NCBI GenBank assembly: GCA_963812605.1
Contig: CAWEWF010000014.1
Coordinates: forward strand, 605,003-669,002
Length of the DNA stretch: 64,000 nucleotides
Source of the DNA: an uncultured Verrucomicrobiae bacterium
GTDB taxonomy: Bacteria > Verrucomicrobiota > Verrucomicrobiia > Palsa-1439
Direction: 5' to 3'
Under the pieces are notes generated by a model. That model was not told the origin of the DNA. It did not search any database and saw only the letters and a program-made list of their open reading frames with translations. This document shows, piece by piece, positions 26,950 to 39,335 of the stretch (positions are counted from its first letter, which is position 1; each line of letters opens with the position of its first letter). Made by a program: the position numbers and the translations under genes.

Positions 26950-26958
26950 GATTTTGCC

Positions 26959-27604
26959 ATGGCAATTGACGAAGGACTAAAAAGCGAGCTTCAGAAACAG
27001 GGGATTTTCGTTCTCCCGTTCGAACAGCTTTATAATTGGGGCCGCAAATCCTCGATTTGGCCGCTGCAATTTGGCCTGGCGTGTTGCGCCATCGAGATGA
27101 TCGCCAGCGCCGCTTCGCGATATGATTTGGCCAGGTTCGGCGCCGAAGTTTTCCGCGCGACGCCGCGGCAGGCCGACTTGATGATCGTCGCGGGCACGGT
27201 CACCAAAAAAATGGCGCCGCAGGTTGTCCGCCTCTACAACCAGATGCCGGAACCGAAATACTGCATCGCCATGGGCGCGTGCGCGATCTCCGGCGGACCG
27301 TTCAAAGACGGCTACAACGTCTTGAAGGGGATCGACCGGTATATTCCCGTGGACGTGCACATTCCCGGTCTGTCCACCACGCCCGGAGGCGTTGATCCAC
27401 GCGATCATGACCTTGCAGCGCAAGATCGCGGACCAGCATCTTGAGAAGGACCAGCGACCACGGTGGTACGACAAGCACGCCGCCGCCGAGTACCCGATCC
27501 CGGCATTCGGCGAACATGATTTGCAACCGCCGGCCAATCGCGAAGTCTGGCAACCGCCGCGCGATTACCGCGACGTGACGTTGGAGGACGTGAAGAAGGG
27601 CTAA
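26959..27604 (+). CDS. nuoB: NADH:quinone oxidoreductase subunit B, with a 1-nt frame break at 27369-27370
   Basis: [11 protein letters not shown] and [11 protein letters not shown]. After VDVHIPG the sequence ggtCtgtccaccacgc shifts frame; removing one base restores [20 protein letters not shown] (ORF 27392..27604). Confidence 0.9.
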
Positions 27605-28201
27605 ATGGAAGCGATCGAAAAAATCAAAGAGATCGCCACGCAAGCCGTGCCAGCCGCGAAGATGGAAATCATTAACTCCACACCGGCGGCTCAGCAACCC
27701 GCGTTGCTCGTGGATCGCGAGCACATTTACGCGGTGGCGAAATTTCTCAAAGAAGACCCACGCTTTCAAATGGATTTCTGTTCGTGCGTCACCGCCGTCG
27801 ATTACCCAACCAAGGCCGACAAGCCCGGCGAGATTGAGGTCGTCTATCATTTGTACTCGGTCGCGCAGAAGCAGGGGCCCATCGTGCTCAAGGTGCGCGC
27901 GCCGCGCGAACTTGGCCAATGCCGCGTGCCGTCCCTGACGCCATTGTGGCGCGCGTGCGAATTCCAGGAACGCGAGGCCTACGATCTGTATGGTGTGAAG
28001 TTCGACGGACATCCTGATCTGCGGCGCATTCTGATGTGGGACGAGTTCACGGATTTCCCGATGCGCAAGGATTACGTGCCCCCGGCCGATTACGAGTGGG
28101 AACCGACCCCGCACGATGACACGCTGCAACGGGCCGTTCAAGAGGGCGGAATCATGCCGCCAACCGCGGTGGAAGAACTGGAGAGGGCGAAGAAGAAATG
28201 A
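27605..28201 (+). CDS. nuoC: NADH:quinone oxidoreductase subunit C
   Basis: [25 protein letters not shown] is typical of the 30-kDa subunit. Confidence 0.9.
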   Translation: MEAIEKIKEIATQAVPAAKMEIINSTPAAQQPALLVDREHIYAVAKFLKEDPRFQMDFCSCVTAVDYPTKADKPGEIEVVYHLYSVAQKQGPIVLKVRAPRELGQCRVPSLTPLWRACEFQEREAYDLYGVKFDGHPDLRRILMWDEFTDFPMRKDYVPPADYEWEPTPHDDTLQRAVQEGGIMPPTAVEELERAKKK

Positions 28202-29364
28202 TCCAGCCGCTCACAGATGAGAAGCCGTACACGTTGACGCCGGGTTCCGACGGCGTGATCGAGACCCAGACGCTGGAAGTCTCCATCGGGCCGCAACACC
28301 CGAGCACGCACGGCGTGTTCCGCATGGACTGCGTGCTGGACGGCGAAGCGGTTGTCGCGCTCAAGCCCGTCATGGGCTACCTGCATCGCAATCACGAACA
28401 ACTGGCCGAGCGCATGGCGTGGCTGGGATCGATGCCGTACACCGACCGGCTCGATTATTTCAATTCCATGACCAACAACTGGGCGTACGCGCTGGCCGTC
28501 GAGAAGCTCGCGGGCATCAAGGTCCCCGACCGCGCCGAATATATCCGCGTGATCATGTCCGAACTGACGCGCCTGCTGAATCACTCGTGTGTGATCGGCT
28601 TCATGTTGCAGGACCTCGGCGCCTGGGGCACGCCCTTGCTCTATGCCTTCCGCGAACGCGAGCGGATCCTCGATCTATTCGAAGCCGTCAGCGGCTCGCG
28701 CATGATGTGCAATTACATGCGGTTCGGCGGCGTGCGCGTGAACATGACCGATGAAAACCTGGCGACGGCAAAGGATATTGCCACCCGTTTCCCCAGATTC
28801 TTGGATGAGTTTGAGAAATTACTCACGAACAATGAGGTACTGCTCGCCCGCACGCAGCGCGTCGGCACTCTGCCGAAGGAATTGGCGATCAACGCCGGCA
28901 TCAGCGGCCCGATGGCCCGTGCCAGCGGCGTGGAGTACGATGTTCGCAAGGTGGACAAATACGGCGTGTACGGACGCCTTGATTTTCGCGTGCCGCTGGG
29001 TGAAATCGGCGACGTGTACGACCGTTACTACATTCGCGTGCTGGAGATGCGCGAGAGCATCAAGATTTTGCAGCAGGCGCTACGCGATATTCCACAAGGC
29101 CCGCACATCGCGCCCGAGGTAAAGTTGCGCAATTTCAAGATCCCGCCCGGCGATGGTTACGGCCGGATCGAGGGACCGAAGGGCGAGCTGGGGTTTTATC
29201 TCGTTTCGGACGAAGGCGGCAAACAGCCGTACCGCTACCATGTGCGCCCGCCGAGCTTCGTCAACCTGACGGTTCTTGAAGACATGTGCATCGGTCACAA
29301 GGTGGCTGACGTCGTGGTCATTCTGGGCAGTGTGGATATCGTGTTGGGGGAGGTGGATCGCTAA
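28198..29364 (+). CDS. nuoD: NADH:quinone oxidoreductase subunit D
   Basis: [24 protein letters not shown] and [26 protein letters not shown]. Confidence 0.95.
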   Translation: MIQPLTDEKPYTLTPGSDGVIETQTLEVSIGPQHPSTHGVFRMDCVLDGEAVVALKPVMGYLHRNHEQLAERMAWLGSMPYTDRLDYFNSMTNNWAYALAVEKLAGIKVPDRAEYIRVIMSELTRLLNHSCVIGFMLQDLGAWGTPLLYAFRERERILDLFEAVSGSRMMCNYMRFGGVRVNMTDENLATAKDIATRFPRFLDEFEKLLTNNEVLLARTQRVGTLPKELAINAGISGPMARASGVEYDVRKVDKYGVYGRLDFRVPLGEIGDVYDRYYIRVLEMRESIKILQQALRDIPQGPHIAPEVKLRNFKIPPGDGYGRIEGPKGELGFYLVSDEGGKQPYRYHVRPPSFVNLTVLEDMCIGHKVADVVVILGSVDIVLGEVDR

Positions 29365-30428
29365 TGGGCTTTATTGGCAAAGGTTTGTTCGAAGGCATGG
29401 TCGTGACCGCCCGCAACTTCGTGGGTAGTTATTTCGACAAGGAACGCCTCGTGACCGTCCAGTATCCCGAGGAGCGCGTCCAGGTTCCCGAAAATTCGCG
29501 CACGTTTCCCTTCCTCGTGTTCGACGCGGACAAAGATCCCATCGGCACGATGCGTTGCGTGGCCTGCAAGATTTGCGAAGTGGAATGTCCGCCGCAGTGC
29601 ATTTACATCGTCATGGACCGCGACGAGAAGGGCAAACCGCTGCAGCGCCCGAAGGTGTTCGACATCGACATCAGCGTTTGCATGCAGTGCCAGATTTGCG
29701 TGGAGGTCTGCCCGTTCGACGCGATCAAGATGGACAACAATTACGAGAAGTCGCAGTACGGGCGCTTCAATGAACTCGTCGAGCATTTGCCCCAGTTGCT
29801 GCTGTCCAACGAATACTATAACAAGATCAAGCCGACGGAGGCTTCCGCCGTCGATGCGAAGCTGAAAATTGAGGCGGAAAAGAAAGCCAAGAAAGCTGCG
29901 CCGGCCGGGGCGAAACCCGCGGCGCCAGCGCCCAAGCCGGCCGCTCCCGCAGCGCCGAAGCCCGTGTCAGCGCCTGCACCGATGGCGAGAGTCGCGATTC
30001 CAGATGACGCACCGTTTACGCCCGAACAACGCCAATGGCTCAGCGGATATCTCGCCGCCGTCGGAGGTTCTGGTGGCGCGGGCGTCGCTCCCGCAGCCGC
30101 AGTTCCAACCGCCGAAGCGGCGGTAGCGGAAGCCGCGCCAGTGACCGAGGCTGCACCCGCCGCCGAAGCGCCAGCGGGTGGCTGGCCGTGGCACGACCCG
30201 GGACTCGGGATGCAGCAGCGGCTCGATTTGGCAAAGGACACGCCCATTGCCGACAAGCTGATGGCCGCCATGGCACAGACCGATTGCCATGCCTGCGGTT
30301 ACGACTGTCGTGGCTATGCGGATGCGATTGCCACGGGTGCGGAGACCGATTTGTCACTCTGCCTGCCAGGAGAAGCGGAAACTGCCAACATGCTCAAGAA
30401 GCTGATGCAGGAGGCAGGAAAGTTGTAA
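29364..30428 (+). CDS. nuoI: NuoI-type 2x[4Fe-4S] subunit fused to an Ala/Pro-rich linker and a C-terminal RnfB-type 4-Cys (PF04060-like) domain
   Basis: CVACKICEVECPPQCI and CMQCQICVEVCPFDAI in a NuoI-like context (VTVQYPEE). The linker is KKAAPAGAKPAAPAPKPAAPAAPKP. It is followed by PFTPEQRQWLSGYLAAV and MAQTDCHACGYDCRGYADAIATGAETDLSLCLPG. Confidence 0.8.
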   Translation: MGFIGKGLFEGMVVTARNFVGSYFDKERLVTVQYPEERVQVPENSRTFPFLVFDADKDPIGTMRCVACKICEVECPPQCIYIVMDRDEKGKPLQRPKVFDIDISVCMQCQICVEVCPFDAIKMDNNYEKSQYGRFNELVEHLPQLLLSNEYYNKIKPTEASAVDAKLKIEAEKKAKKAAPAGAKPAAPAPKPAAPAAPKPVSAPAPMARVAIPDDAPFTPEQRQWLSGYLAAVGGSGGAGVAPAAAVPTAEAAVAEAAPVTEAAPAAEAPAGGWPWHDPGLGMQQRLDLAKDTPIADKLMAAMAQTDCHACGYDCRGYADAIATGAETDLSLCLPGEAETANMLKKLMQEAGKL

Positions 30429-30528
30429 GGGGCGGCATCGCAGTTCGGCGGTCGTGGGGAAGCAAGTTTGACAGGGGATGGGGGTTTTCCTATAAGAAGC
30501 GCGCCCGATTCGGGCTGACTGACGAAGC

Positions 30529-31758
30529 ATGGACCAGGTTTACAAAGTCGCGCCACAATTATTGAAGTTTCTGTCGTACCTGCTGGGGTGGTTGCCCTGG
30601 ATCGGGAAGCCCGTTGCCGGTTTCCTGTCCAACCCGCCGGAATGGTTCCTCCTGGCGGTGGCGATTGCGGTTCCCATCCTCTTTGTCGTTGCCGTGTTCC
30701 CCGGTATTTTTGCCTACACTACGCTCGTTGAACGCAAGGCGCTCGGTCGCATCCAGAACCGCATCGGCCCGAATCGCGTTGGCCGTTGGGGCCTCCTCCA
30801 GCCGATCGCGGACGGCGTAAAATTGCTGACCAAGGAAGACATTGTTCCGCGGAGCGCCGACAAGTTCGTCCATTTCTTGGCGCCAGTCGCCGCAGTGATC
30901 CCATCGGTACTACTTTTCTCGGTGGTGCCCATCGGTGTGGGATTGGTCCCGGTGAATCTCAACATTGGCCTCCTGTTTGCCTTCGCCATCAGTACCGCGA
31001 GCGTGCTGGCGCTATTCATGGGCGGCTGGGCGTCACGCAACAAGTTTTCATTGCTCGGCGCGATGCGCGCGGTGGCCCAGGTCATTTCCTATGAAGTTCC
31101 GATGGTGCTGGCAGCAGTAGCAGTGGTGATGGCCACCGGCTCACTCTCGACCCTGGCCATCGCGAGGGCGCAGAGCGGCGGGATCGTCAATGTCTCGCAC
31201 TGGTTCGTTTTCCGTCCGTGGGGATTTGTCGGATTTGTGCTCTTCACGATTGGCGCGATGGCGGAGTCGGCGCGCACGCCCTTTGACATTCCCGAGGCGG
31301 AATCCGAAATCATCGCTGGCTATCACACCGAGTACAGCGGCTTCAAGTTCGCGCTCTTCCAACTCGGCGAGTATCTCGCGTCGATTGCCATGGCGGGCAT
31401 CACCGTCACCATGTTCCTCGGCGGCTACAACGGTCCCGGCAGCGGCCCCGGTTTCCTGGGCGGCCTGATTTCCATCTTTTGGTTCTTTTCCAAGCTGGGT
31501 TGCATGATCGTGTTGACCATTTGGATCCGCGGCACCTGGCCGCGGGTGCGGGTCGACCAGTTGATGAGCTTTGCGTGGAAGGTGCTGCTGCCCATGTCGA
31601 TCGTTAACATCATCGCCGTCGCAATGTGGCATTACATAACCATACGGCCCGTCGCCTGGATCGTGACCACGTTGTGGCTTGTCCTTTGGTTCATCACGCT
31701 CTCCAAGCTCGCGGCCACCGAGAACGTCGAAAAACGGGAATACCGGTACGCCTCCTGA
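30529..31758 (+). CDS. nuoH: NADH:quinone oxidoreductase subunit H
   Basis: LVERKALGRIQNRIGPNRVGRWGLLQPIADGVKL and GYHTEYSGFKFALF. Confidence 0.95.
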   Translation: MDQVYKVAPQLLKFLSYLLGWLPWIGKPVAGFLSNPPEWFLLAVAIAVPILFVVAVFPGIFAYTTLVERKALGRIQNRIGPNRVGRWGLLQPIADGVKLLTKEDIVPRSADKFVHFLAPVAAVIPSVLLFSVVPIGVGLVPVNLNIGLLFAFAISTASVLALFMGGWASRNKFSLLGAMRAVAQVISYEVPMVLAAVAVVMATGSLSTLAIARAQSGGIVNVSHWFVFRPWGFVGFVLFTIGAMAESARTPFDIPEAESEIIAGYHTEYSGFKFALFQLGEYLASIAMAGITVTMFLGGYNGPGSGPGFLGGLISIFWFFSKLGCMIVLTIWIRGTWPRVRVDQLMSFAWKVLLPMSIVNIIAVAMWHYITIRPVAWIVTTLWLVLWFITLSKLAATENVEKREYRYAS

Positions 31759-31763
31759 TTGCC

Positions 31764-32282
31764 ATGGAAATCGCCTTCTGGATTCTTTCCGCAATCACCG
31801 TCATGGGCGCAATCCTGGCCATCTCCTTGCGCAACGTCATGCACTGCTTGCTATCGCTTATCCTTTTCTTCTTCGGCATTGCCGGTCATTACTTCCTGTT
31901 GCACGCGGAATTCCTGGGAGGAATTCAGATCCTCATCTACATCGGCGCGGTCGCGGTGCTGATCGCGCTGGCCACCATGCTCACCCGGCACATTACGGGC
32001 GAAGAAGGGCCGCGCGAAGTGCTCGGCGGCAAATGGTGGGCGGGCATGGGGACCGCGGCCATTATTGCCGGCCTGTTGTGGGCGATTATTCGCAGGGACG
32101 AGTTGGCTCAATTGCTGCCGACCGCAGCCGCCAACATATCGTATGCGGCGATGGTGGGAGACCTTGGCCGGGCGCTGGTTGTGGACTGGGTCGTGCCGTT
32201 TGAGGCGCTGGCCGTGCTGCTGACGGCGGCGCTCATTGGCGCAGTGGTCATCGCCATCGAAGAGGTCATCCGCAAACGATGA
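31764..32282 (+). CDS. nuoJ: NADH:quinone oxidoreductase subunit J
   Basis: MEIAFWILSAITVMGAILAI..AEFLGGIQILIYIGAVAVL. The ATG at 31764 lies just after the nuoH stop. Confidence 0.9.
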   Translation: MEIAFWILSAITVMGAILAISLRNVMHCLLSLILFFFGIAGHYFLLHAEFLGGIQILIYIGAVAVLIALATMLTRHITGEEGPREVLGGKWWAGMGTAAIIAGLLWAIIRRDELAQLLPTAAANISYAAMVGDLGRALVVDWVVPFEALAVLLTAALIGAVVIAIEEVIRKR

Positions 32283-32590
32283 ACGTCTCCTTGGAACATT
32301 ACCTGATGCTCTCGGCGTTCCTGTTCGCCATCGGCCTGTGCGGCGCACTCGCGCGCAAGAATGCCATCATCGTCTTGATGGGCATCGAGATCATGTTCAA
32401 CGCGGGCATCCTGAATTTTGTCGCGTTCTGGCATTATAAGTACTTCGCGTCGCTGACGGCGCAGGTATTCGCCATCTTCGCGATTTCCATCGCCGCCGCC
32501 GAATCGGCGGTGGGCCTGGCCCTGGTGATTGCAGTCTACAGGCACTACCGATCGGTGGACCTCGATGAGATGAGGAGTTTAAAGGGCTAG
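32279..32590 (+). CDS. nuoK: NADH:quinone oxidoreductase subunit K
   Basis: 103 aa with three TM helices and AAAESAVGLALV. ATGA overlap with nuoJ. Confidence 0.9.
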   Translation: MNVSLEHYLMLSAFLFAIGLCGALARKNAIIVLMGIEIMFNAGILNFVAFWHYKYFASLTAQVFAIFAISIAAAESAVGLALVIAVYRHYRSVDLDEMRSLKG

Positions 32591-34663
32591 ATGAGCGAAG
32601 CCCGGTACATTGACGAGTTGGCCAGGCAACAATGGTTGATTCCGTTTTTCCCGCTGGTGGCCGCGGCCATCCAGTCGCTCCTGAAGCGCCCGCAACGAAA
32701 GCTCTCCGCAACATTGACCATTGGCGCGATGGGCTTGTCCTGCATTTTTGCGCTGCGCGCCTTTTTCGCCACACTCGGGGGCGGCGAGCATCCGGAAGTC
32801 CAGCCGGGGATCTGGAATTTCACCTGGTTCAAATTCGGCACCACCAGCCTCGATCTGGGGCTTATCCTTGATCCGCTGACGGCGGGCATGGCAGTCATGG
32901 TGACATTCGTCGGCTTCTGGATTTTCGTCAACGCCACGGGTTACATGGACCATGACGAGAATTTTACCCGGTTTTTCTGTTTCCTGTCGCTCTTCGCCGC
33001 TTCCATGTTGGGTCTGGTCATATCCAATAATCTGTTGCTCCTGTTCATGTGTTGGGAACTGGTCGGCTTGTGCAGTTACCTCCTCATCGGCTTTTGGTAT
33101 TTCAAGCCGGCGGCAGCGGCAGCCATGAAGAAAGCGTTTATCACCACCCGCATCGGCGACGTTGGATTCTTCCTCGGCATACTGATGCTGTACTGGAAGA
33201 CGGGCACATTGAATTTGTACGCGACGGACGGCACGGGAGCGTTGCAGCAGGCCGGCAGCCTGGCCCACCTGGCAGGCTGGTGGGGGTTGTCCGCGGCGAG
33301 CACCATCGCCTTTCTGCTCTTCATCGGCGCGATGGGCAAGAGCGCGCAATTCCCGTTGCATGTGTGGTTGCCGGACGCGATGGAAGGCCCGACGCCCGTG
33401 AGTGCTTTGATTCACGCCGCAACCATGGTTGCTGCCGGCGTGTTCATGGTGGGCCGCATGTACCCCTTGTTCACGGCGGAGCCGGGCGCCTGGGTGATGG
33501 ATTTTGTGATGTGGATCGGCTGTTTTACGGCGGTCTTCTCAGCGACGATTGCGGTGGCGCAGAATGACATCAAACGCGTACTGGCCTATTCCACCTGTTC
33601 GCAGCTCGGCTTCATGATGATGGCCCTGGGCGCCGGCAATCTTGTGGCCGGACAATTTCATCTACTAACCCACGCGTTCTTCAAGGCGTTATTGTTCCTG
33701 GGTTCCGGTTGCGTGATTATCGGCACGAACCATGAGCAGGACATGCGTAAAATGGGCGGATTGCGCAAGTATATGCCGATCACCTTCGTCTGTTACGTCA
33801 TCGGCACGCTGGCACTGGCGGGCTTTCCACTGACAGCGGGTTTTTTCAGCAAGGACGAAATCCTGCTGGCTACATTTCATCGCAACCGGTTCGCCTGGGG
33901 CCTGGCGACGTTTGCCGCATTCCTGACGGCGTTCTATATGACGCGGCAGATTTTCATGGTGTTCTTCGGTCGCTGGCGTGGGGGCCGGCCCGAGGAACAT
34001 CCCCACAGTAAGCACGCTGAAGCCCACGGGCGAGTCGATGATCCTCATGGGCACAGCCATTCTGACGAACCCCGTGAAGTTCCCTGGAATATGTGGCTGC
34101 CGATCGCGGTCCTGAGCGTCTTCGCGTTGTTTATGGGCTTCGGCCACGGTTTCTTTCAGCATTACATCGCCCCGGAAGAAGCTGCGCCGGAACACAGCGA
34201 CATGGTGCTCTGGCTCTCGATCGGCGTCGGGCTGCTGGGTATTTTCCTCGGTTGGGTGGTCTACGGGCGCAAAACGATGGAACACGCCACCGACCCTGAT
34301 CCATTGGCGGTGACCCTGGGAGGACTGTTCACATTCCTAAACCGCAAGTGGTACATCGACGAATTTTATGAAATGACCGTTTTTCCGTTCACAGCCGCGT
34401 GTGCCATGTTTTGTCGCCTGTTCGACAAACTCGTGGTCGATGGCTTTTTACACGCGATCGTCTTTATTGCGACGGCGATCTCTTTGATCTTTAGCGGGGT
34501 GGGGGACGGATTTTTCATCAACGGCGGCTTTGACGCCAGTTGCGAAAGCGTGCGCCTGGGCGGGAAGGTCCTCGCGAAGTTGCAGAGCGGACGCGTACAG
34601 AATTATTTCCGTGTCTTGAGTCTCGGGGCGGCAATCTTGTTGCTGGTTTACTTCTTCACATGA
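32591..34663 (+). CDS. nuoL: NADH:quinone oxidoreductase subunit L, long form (690 aa) with an extended lateral-helix region
   Basis: MCWELVGLCSYLLIGFW and KSAQFPLHVWLPDAMEGPTPVSALIHAATMV. There is a His-rich loop (EEHPHSKHAEAHGRVDDPHGHSHSD). About 27 extra residues lie between VVDG and LQSGRVQNY relative to typical NuoL. Confidence 0.9.
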   Translation: MSEARYIDELARQQWLIPFFPLVAAAIQSLLKRPQRKLSATLTIGAMGLSCIFALRAFFATLGGGEHPEVQPGIWNFTWFKFGTTSLDLGLILDPLTAGMAVMVTFVGFWIFVNATGYMDHDENFTRFFCFLSLFAASMLGLVISNNLLLLFMCWELVGLCSYLLIGFWYFKPAAAAAMKKAFITTRIGDVGFFLGILMLYWKTGTLNLYATDGTGALQQAGSLAHLAGWWGLSAASTIAFLLFIGAMGKSAQFPLHVWLPDAMEGPTPVSALIHAATMVAAGVFMVGRMYPLFTAEPGAWVMDFVMWIGCFTAVFSATIAVAQNDIKRVLAYSTCSQLGFMMMALGAGNLVAGQFHLLTHAFFKALLFLGSGCVIIGTNHEQDMRKMGGLRKYMPITFVCYVIGTLALAGFPLTAGFFSKDEILLATFHRNRFAWGLATFAAFLTAFYMTRQIFMVFFGRWRGGRPEEHPHSKHAEAHGRVDDPHGHSHSDEPREVPWNMWLPIAVLSVFALFMGFGHGFFQHYIAPEEAAPEHSDMVLWLSIGVGLLGIFLGWVVYGRKTMEHATDPDPLAVTLGGLFTFLNRKWYIDEFYEMTVFPFTAACAMFCRLFDKLVVDGFLHAIVFIATAISLIFSGVGDGFFINGGFDASCESVRLGGKVLAKLQSGRVQNYFRVLSLGAAILLLVYFFT

Positions 34664-36247
34664 GCCCCCACACGACACTGCCCATCTTGTCGCTCATCAC
34701 GTTTGCCCCGCTGGTTGGCGCGGCGCTGGTGCTGTTGCTCCCGAAAGACAGCAAGGGCGCAATCAAAATGGTAGCGCTGTTCGCCACCCTCGTCTCGCTC
34801 TTGCTGACGCACATCGTCTGGCACCATTTCGATCCGAACGCCGGGCTGATGTTCGAGGAGCGGTCGGCGTGGATTCCGGCCATGAACATCGATTATCACC
34901 TCGCCGTGGACGGCCTCAGTATCACGATGGTTTTGTTGACGGCGATCATCATGCCGCTGGCGCTGCTGGCGTCGTGGAAACAGGAGCGCAATGTGAAGTT
35001 GTTTTTCCTGCTGTTCCTCCTGCTCGAGACGGGAATGTTTGGCGTTTTCACCGCGCTCAATTTCTTCCACTGGTTCATCTTCTGGGAATTGGGCCTGATC
35101 CCGATGTTCTTCCTCATCCGAATCTGGGGCGCGGAAGACCGCACCTATGCATCCTTCAAATTCTTTCTCTACACGCTGGCTGGCAGCGTGGGAATGCTGC
35201 TGGCGTTTGCGTTCATCTATCTCGCGACCAATTCCCTTGATTTTATTGACCTGCGGCAGAAGGCCGCATCGGGCGAGCTGGCCGTGGCGCTGGGAAAATT
35301 TGTTGAGGGTATTAACACGCATATTGGAATGCAGGTCAATCCGACGAAATTCGCCTCGTTGCTGTTTTGGGCCACCTTTCTCGGTTTTGCGATCAAAGTG
35401 CCGATCTGGCCGTTTCACACGTGGTTGCCGGACGCCCACACCCAGGCACCGACGGGCGGTTCCATGGTCCTCGCCGCGATCCTGCTGAAGATGGGCGTCT
35501 ATGGTTTCCTGCGGATCGTATTGCCGATTTTTCCGTATCAAGTGCAGGCGCACGTCAACGCGTTGTTATTGCTGGCCTTGGCCAGCATCGTGTTCGGCGC
35601 CTATGCCGCGCTGGCGCAGACCGATTTCAAGCGGCTCGTCGCATATTCCTCCGTGAACCATATGGGCTATGCGATGCTCGGTATTTTCGTGACCGTCGCC
35701 ACCGCAGCCAACGTGACGGACATCGTCAATGAGAAAGCTGCCGCACTTAACGGGGCGATGTTACAGATGTTCAACCACGGCATCAGCTCGGCGGCGTTGT
35801 TCTTTCTGGTCGGCGTCATCTACGAACGCACCCACACGCGCAAACTGGAAGAGTACGGCGGGCTGCGAAAGATCATGCCAATCTACGCGGGGGTGCTGGG
35901 CATCTCCATGTTCTCGTCGCTGGGGCTGCCCGGGCTTGAACGGCTTTGTGGGCGAATTTCTCGTGTTCAAAGGCGCATTCCCCATCGTCCCGCTGGTCAG
36001 TTCGCTGGCAACCATCGGCTTGGTCATCACCGGCGTGTTCCTGCTCGGTATGATGCAAAAGGTTTGCTTTGGCCCGCTCAACCAGAAGTGGAAGGGGCTT
36101 TCCGACATGAACACGCGCGAGATTTGCATCATCGCCGTACTGATGTTCTTCATGTTCTGGATTGGCCTCTATCCCGGGCCGTTACTCAATGCTTCCAATA
36201 AGGCTGTATTGCAACTGGTGGATTTGTTCCAGAACCTGGGACACTGA
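34660..36247 (+). CDS. nuoM: NADH:quinone oxidoreductase subunit M, with a 1-nt frame break near 35930-35939
   Basis: MSPHTTLPILSLITF.., NIDYHLAVDGLSITMVLLT and WLPDAHTQAPTGGSMVLA. After SSLGLPG the frame shifts; the correct continuation LNGFVGEFLVFKGAFP is in ORF 35729..36247. The break lies at a CCCGGG run. Confidence 0.9.
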
Positions 36248-36254
36248 CGAAAAT

Positions 36255-37780
36255 ATGCAGGTTGATTGGACAATTTATCTGACGTTCCTCGGCGCGGGCC
36301 TGATCCTGCTGTTGCCGCGTGACTCGAAGAACCTTATCCGCTGGGTCGCGCTGTTGACCGGCGTGGCCGCCCTGCTTGTCGGCCTGAAGAATTACTTCGA
36401 CTACAATGCGTGGGTGAACGCGGAGCTCGCCGCGCATAACGGCAAGCTGGTGGATGGTTTCCAGCAGATCGTGAATGTCTCCTGGATTCCCGCGCTGAAT
36501 GTGAACTACCACCTGGCGGTTGACGGCATCAGTTATCCCCTCGTCGTTTTGAACGGCTTCGTGTGTGTGACGGGAATCCTTTTCAGTTGGAATATCGAGA
36601 ACCGGGTCAAGGAGTTCTTCGCGTTCTTCCTGACGCTGATCGCCGGCGTTTACGGCGTGTTTATGTCGATGGATTTGTTCCTGCTATTTGTGTTTTACGA
36701 ATTGGCGATCATCCCGAAATACTTTGTCATCGCGATCTGGGGCTCAACTCGCAAGGAGTACGGCGCGATGAAGCTGGTGTTGTACTCTTTCGTGGGCAGC
36801 GCGCTCGTGTTCATCGGCATTCTTGCCGTCTACTTCAGCGCCGGTGGGCAAACCTTCGACATCCTCGAACTCATCAAGCACCCGCTGGCACCGGAGGTGC
36901 AGATTTGGGTATTCCCGCTGATCTTCGTCGGTTTCGCGGTCCTGGCGGGCATGTGGCCATTGCACACGTGGGCGCCGACGGGCCACGTGGCTGCGCCGAC
37001 GGCAGCTTCCATGCTGCTGGCGGGCGTCGTGATGAAGCTTGGCTCGTATGGTTGTTTCCGCGCAGCCATGCTTTTGTTTCCGCAGGGTCTCGAAGCCTGG
37101 AAGTGGTGGATTGCGATATTGGCGGTCATTGGCATCGTCTATGGCGCGGCGGTGGCGCTGGTGCAGAAGGACTTCAAGTTCATCATCGGCTACTCCAGCG
37201 TCAGTCACATGGGCTTTGTGCTTCTGGGACTGGCGACACTCAACGTCATGGGCATGTCGGGCGCCGTCCTGCAGATGTTTTCCCACGGCATTATCGCCAG
37301 CCTGTTGTTCGCGGTGGTCGGTCGCATGGTTTACGACCGCACCCACACGCGACAGTTGGATGAACTGGGCGGACTGGCCAAGGTGATTCCTTTTGCGTGC
37401 GTCACCTTCGTGATCGGCGGCGCGGCCTCCATGGGCATGCCGGGCTTTAGTGGATTTGTCGCCGAATACCAGATTCTCGCCGGCGCTTTTCAAATGCATC
37501 CGCTGCTGGCTCTGGCCGCCGGCCTCAGCATCCCGATCACCGTTGCGTACATTCTCAACGCAAACAACAAGGTATTCATGGATCGGGATGTGCCGGCCGG
37601 CGGACATGGACACGGTCACGGCTCTGGGAGCGGTTCGCATCCGCCACTGCCCCCGATTACGCTGCCGGAGCGCGTTGCCGCAATCATCCTGATGGCATTG
37701 CTGGTGATCGTCGGATTGTGTCCGTCGATCATGCTCAACATGATCAAGGCCAATATCGAATTGTTTTTGCGGGGTGGGCG

Positions 37781-37784
<4 letters not shown>
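36255..37784 (+). CDS. Second NuoM-type antiporter-like subunit
   Basis: NVNYHLAVDGISYPLVVLN, HTWAPTGHVAAPTAASMLLAGV and GYSSVSHMG follow the NuoM/ND4 pattern, which is distinct from NuoN. There is a His/Gly-rich loop (GGHGHGHGSGSGSH). Confidence 0.85.
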
Positions 37785-39280
<1,496 letters not shown>

Positions 39281-39335
39281 TCGCCACCTGATGCAATGAG
39301 GCGCGTCCACCATAACCCGCCGCGTTTCGATTCTC

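Noticed and set aside
29816-30271. Ala/Gly/Pro-rich ORFs on both strands across 29.8-30.3 kb
   Set aside because: They mirror the Ala/Pro-rich linker of the NuoI fusion protein. They are low-complexity shadows, not independent genes.
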